The translations under genes and the position numbers were made by a program. This document shows positions 61,809-64,000 of a DNA stretch of 64,000 nt, in pieces (the stretch's first letter is position 1; each line of letters starts with the position of its first letter). Origin of the DNA: the human T2T-CHM13v2.0 reference genome, Homo sapiens; assembly GCF_009914755.1 (NCBI RefSeq), contig NC_060944.1; one strand, given 5' to 3'. The notes beneath the pieces are model-generated. The model was not told where the DNA came from, did no database searches, and saw nothing but the letters and a program-made list of their open reading frames with translations.

Positions 61809-63503
61809 GTAATTTGGGGCAGTTTTGGGGTCTCCAGCATCTCCCCCATGTTTGGAGATTTGCCAGAAGGAGTCACAGGACTTGACATACAGTTGTGCTC
61901 ACAGCTAAGATCTATTACAGAGGCATAGTAAGGAGACATAGTGAGAGAGACACAGTCTGGAGGAACCCATCTGCAGGTTTCCTTATGCTCTCTGCCTCTC
62001 CTGAATGGTAACACAGAGCTCCCTTTCCTTAGCAACAAAAATAACAGCAACATATATGCAGTGTTTCTGTCAAGGGAAGCCTATTACAGACTCAATGCCA
62101 AGGTTTTTGTTGGGGCCTGGTCACATAGTCAGTCTTTGCCTAGCACCTGCCAAATTTTACCCTCTTAGAAGGAAAACCCGTGTTTAGCATGAACCATACT
62201 GTTCGCAGAACCACTCTACACACGGCCACCCTTATCGGTTAGGGAGAAGTTTAGTTCTTTTTTATTTTAAACCTGTTTATTCCTCAAATTTTAGACTACT
62301 ACAGAAAAATCTTACTGGATCCAGAGTAAGGTTATTGGAGTTAAATGTCAAAATGAGCTTGAACATAATTGGAAACAAAGCAGACATCAAAATGTTATGT
62401 TGATTCCAGCAGCAAATTAAGTATTATCTATTCTTAAAAATAATTTCAAGACTAAAAGTAAAAATGTCAAAAATTCATTTGCGGCGGGCGGATCATGAGG
62501 TCAGGAGATCGAGATCATCCTGGCTCACACAGTGAAACCCCATCTCTACTAAAAATACAAAAAATTAGCCGGGCGTGGAGCTTGCAGTGAGCCAAGATCG
62601 TGCCACTGCACTCCAGCCTGGGCAACAGAGCAAGACTCCGTCTCAAAAAAAAAAAAAAAATTCATTTGTAAAAAATTTGAATCTTTTTTTAGTTATGAAA
62701 AGTATATGTAGGTGTGTCCAATTATTTCTTTTAAATGGCCACATTTGGGTTACCTTTTTTTTCCATAGTAAAATATACATTATAGAATATACCATTTTAA
62801 CCTCTTTTAAGTAGACAGTTCAGTGGTCTTAAGTACATTCATATTGTTTGTGCTGTTCACCATGTGTCCCTGTTTGCCATTGTGTATTTAGAGCCTATGA
62901 GCACCACAGGGTTAAGGAATTTATACAATTGCTTTTTTTGAATTGTGATGAAATTTACTATATTAACTATTTTTAGGTTTACAGTTTAGTGACAATAAGT
63001 ATATTCATATTATCATACAACCATCATCACCATCCATCTCCAAAACTCTTTTCATCTTGCAAAACTGCACCAATTAAACAATAATACCCCATTCCCCCCT
63101 CTCCCTAGACCCTGGCAATTACCATTCTACTTTCTGTCCCTATGGATTTAACTACTCTAGGTACCTCATACAAGTAGAATCATACAGTATTTGTCTTTTT
63201 GTGACTAGCCTATTTCACTTAGCTTAATGTCCTTAGGGTTTATGCATGTTATAGCATATGTCAGACTTTCCTACTTTTTAAGGCTAATATTTCATTTTAT
63301 GTCTATATCACATTTTATTGATCTGTTAATTCCCCAATGGACACATGGGTTGCTGCCACCTCTTCAGTTAAGAAAAGTTTTATATCAATGTAGGAAACTG
63401 TTTGCCATCCAGGGTCCTAGATGCCAGCCAGTGGCCCAACCTTACAAGCAGGCCTTTCTAAGGCTAGCAGTTTTAGGCCTACTATGTTAACTCTTTTTTG
63501 TAC
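61809..63503. mobile_element. MER68/MER77-like ERVL LTR split into two parts (about 61809-62248 and 63389-63503) by later L1 and Alu insertions
   Basis: Left part has ggagatttgccagaaggagtcacaggact...ttagcatgaaccatactgtt. Right part has gccagccagtggcccaaccttacaagcaggcctttctaagg...tatgttaactcttttttgtaca. Confidence 0.6.
62930..63368 (-). mobile_element. L1MB-type 3' end
   Basis: caaccatcatcaccatccatctccaaaactcttttcatc...ctctaggtacctcatacaagtagaatcatacagtatttgtc. Confidence 0.8.
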
Positions 63504-64000
63504 AGAACCATTACAAATAATGTTCCTATGAACATTCTTTTACACGTGTGGAAACACTGCACGCAACAGTGGAATTGTGGTTTCATATGTGTGGTGTGTA
63601 CCTGTAGTCACAGCTACTCAGGAGACTGAGGCAGGAGGATCACTTTGGTCCAGGAGTTTGAGGCCAGCCTGGGTAACATAGACAGACCCCCATCTCTAAA
63701 AATAAAGGCCACATAATTTAGTAGCTGGAGTTATCCATCTGCATTCTGTGTCCATGGTGTATAAGAAGTAAGGTACTGAGAGTCCCTAACTATACCAGAA
63801 AGCAAGCATGGGCATTTTGCACTTCAAGGTAATGGTAAATGTTTTGTGCTTCACTTACTTATTATTATTTGGAGAATGTACTTTCTGGAGGATAGTTTGG
63901 CAATGTTTCTGGTACCATTCATCCTAAGAAAATAATAAACATAAACAATATACACCAAGATAATCAGTTCAACATTAAGTACCCCCTCCCCCATTGAAGC

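Overview
Primate (most likely human) genomic DNA, very Alu-rich: about 65 Alu/FLAM copies by eye, mostly on the minus strand. The window lies inside the 5' part of CBFA2T2 (MTGR1, ETO/MTG co-repressor family) on the + strand. Three coding exons can be read directly, with compatible splice phases: 22731-22791 (MAKESGISLKEIQVLARQWK), 55486-55629 (VGPEKRVPAMPGSPVEVK...PTA) and 59624-59865 ([10 protein letters not shown]...[37 protein letters not shown], start of the NHR1/TAFH domain). None of them appears in the supplied ORF track, which is almost entirely Alu-derived or random. The gene call rests on my recall of the MTGR1 protein sequence, not on a search. The rest is intron, containing Alu, L1, L2, MIR, MaLR/ERV LTRs (including a complete MER11 solo LTR with a 6-bp TSD) and hAT/Tigger DNA transposon fossils. 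I see no evidence for a novel multi-gene system. The best leads are regulatory: a candidate internal first exon with uORFs and proneural E-boxes, a start-codon exon flanked by inverted Alus with competing ATGs, a candidate poison exon, E-box/SOX clusters, a tightly spaced inverted Alu pair and a recent perfect 60-bp duplication. Repeat boundaries and subfamily names are approximate, assigned by eye.
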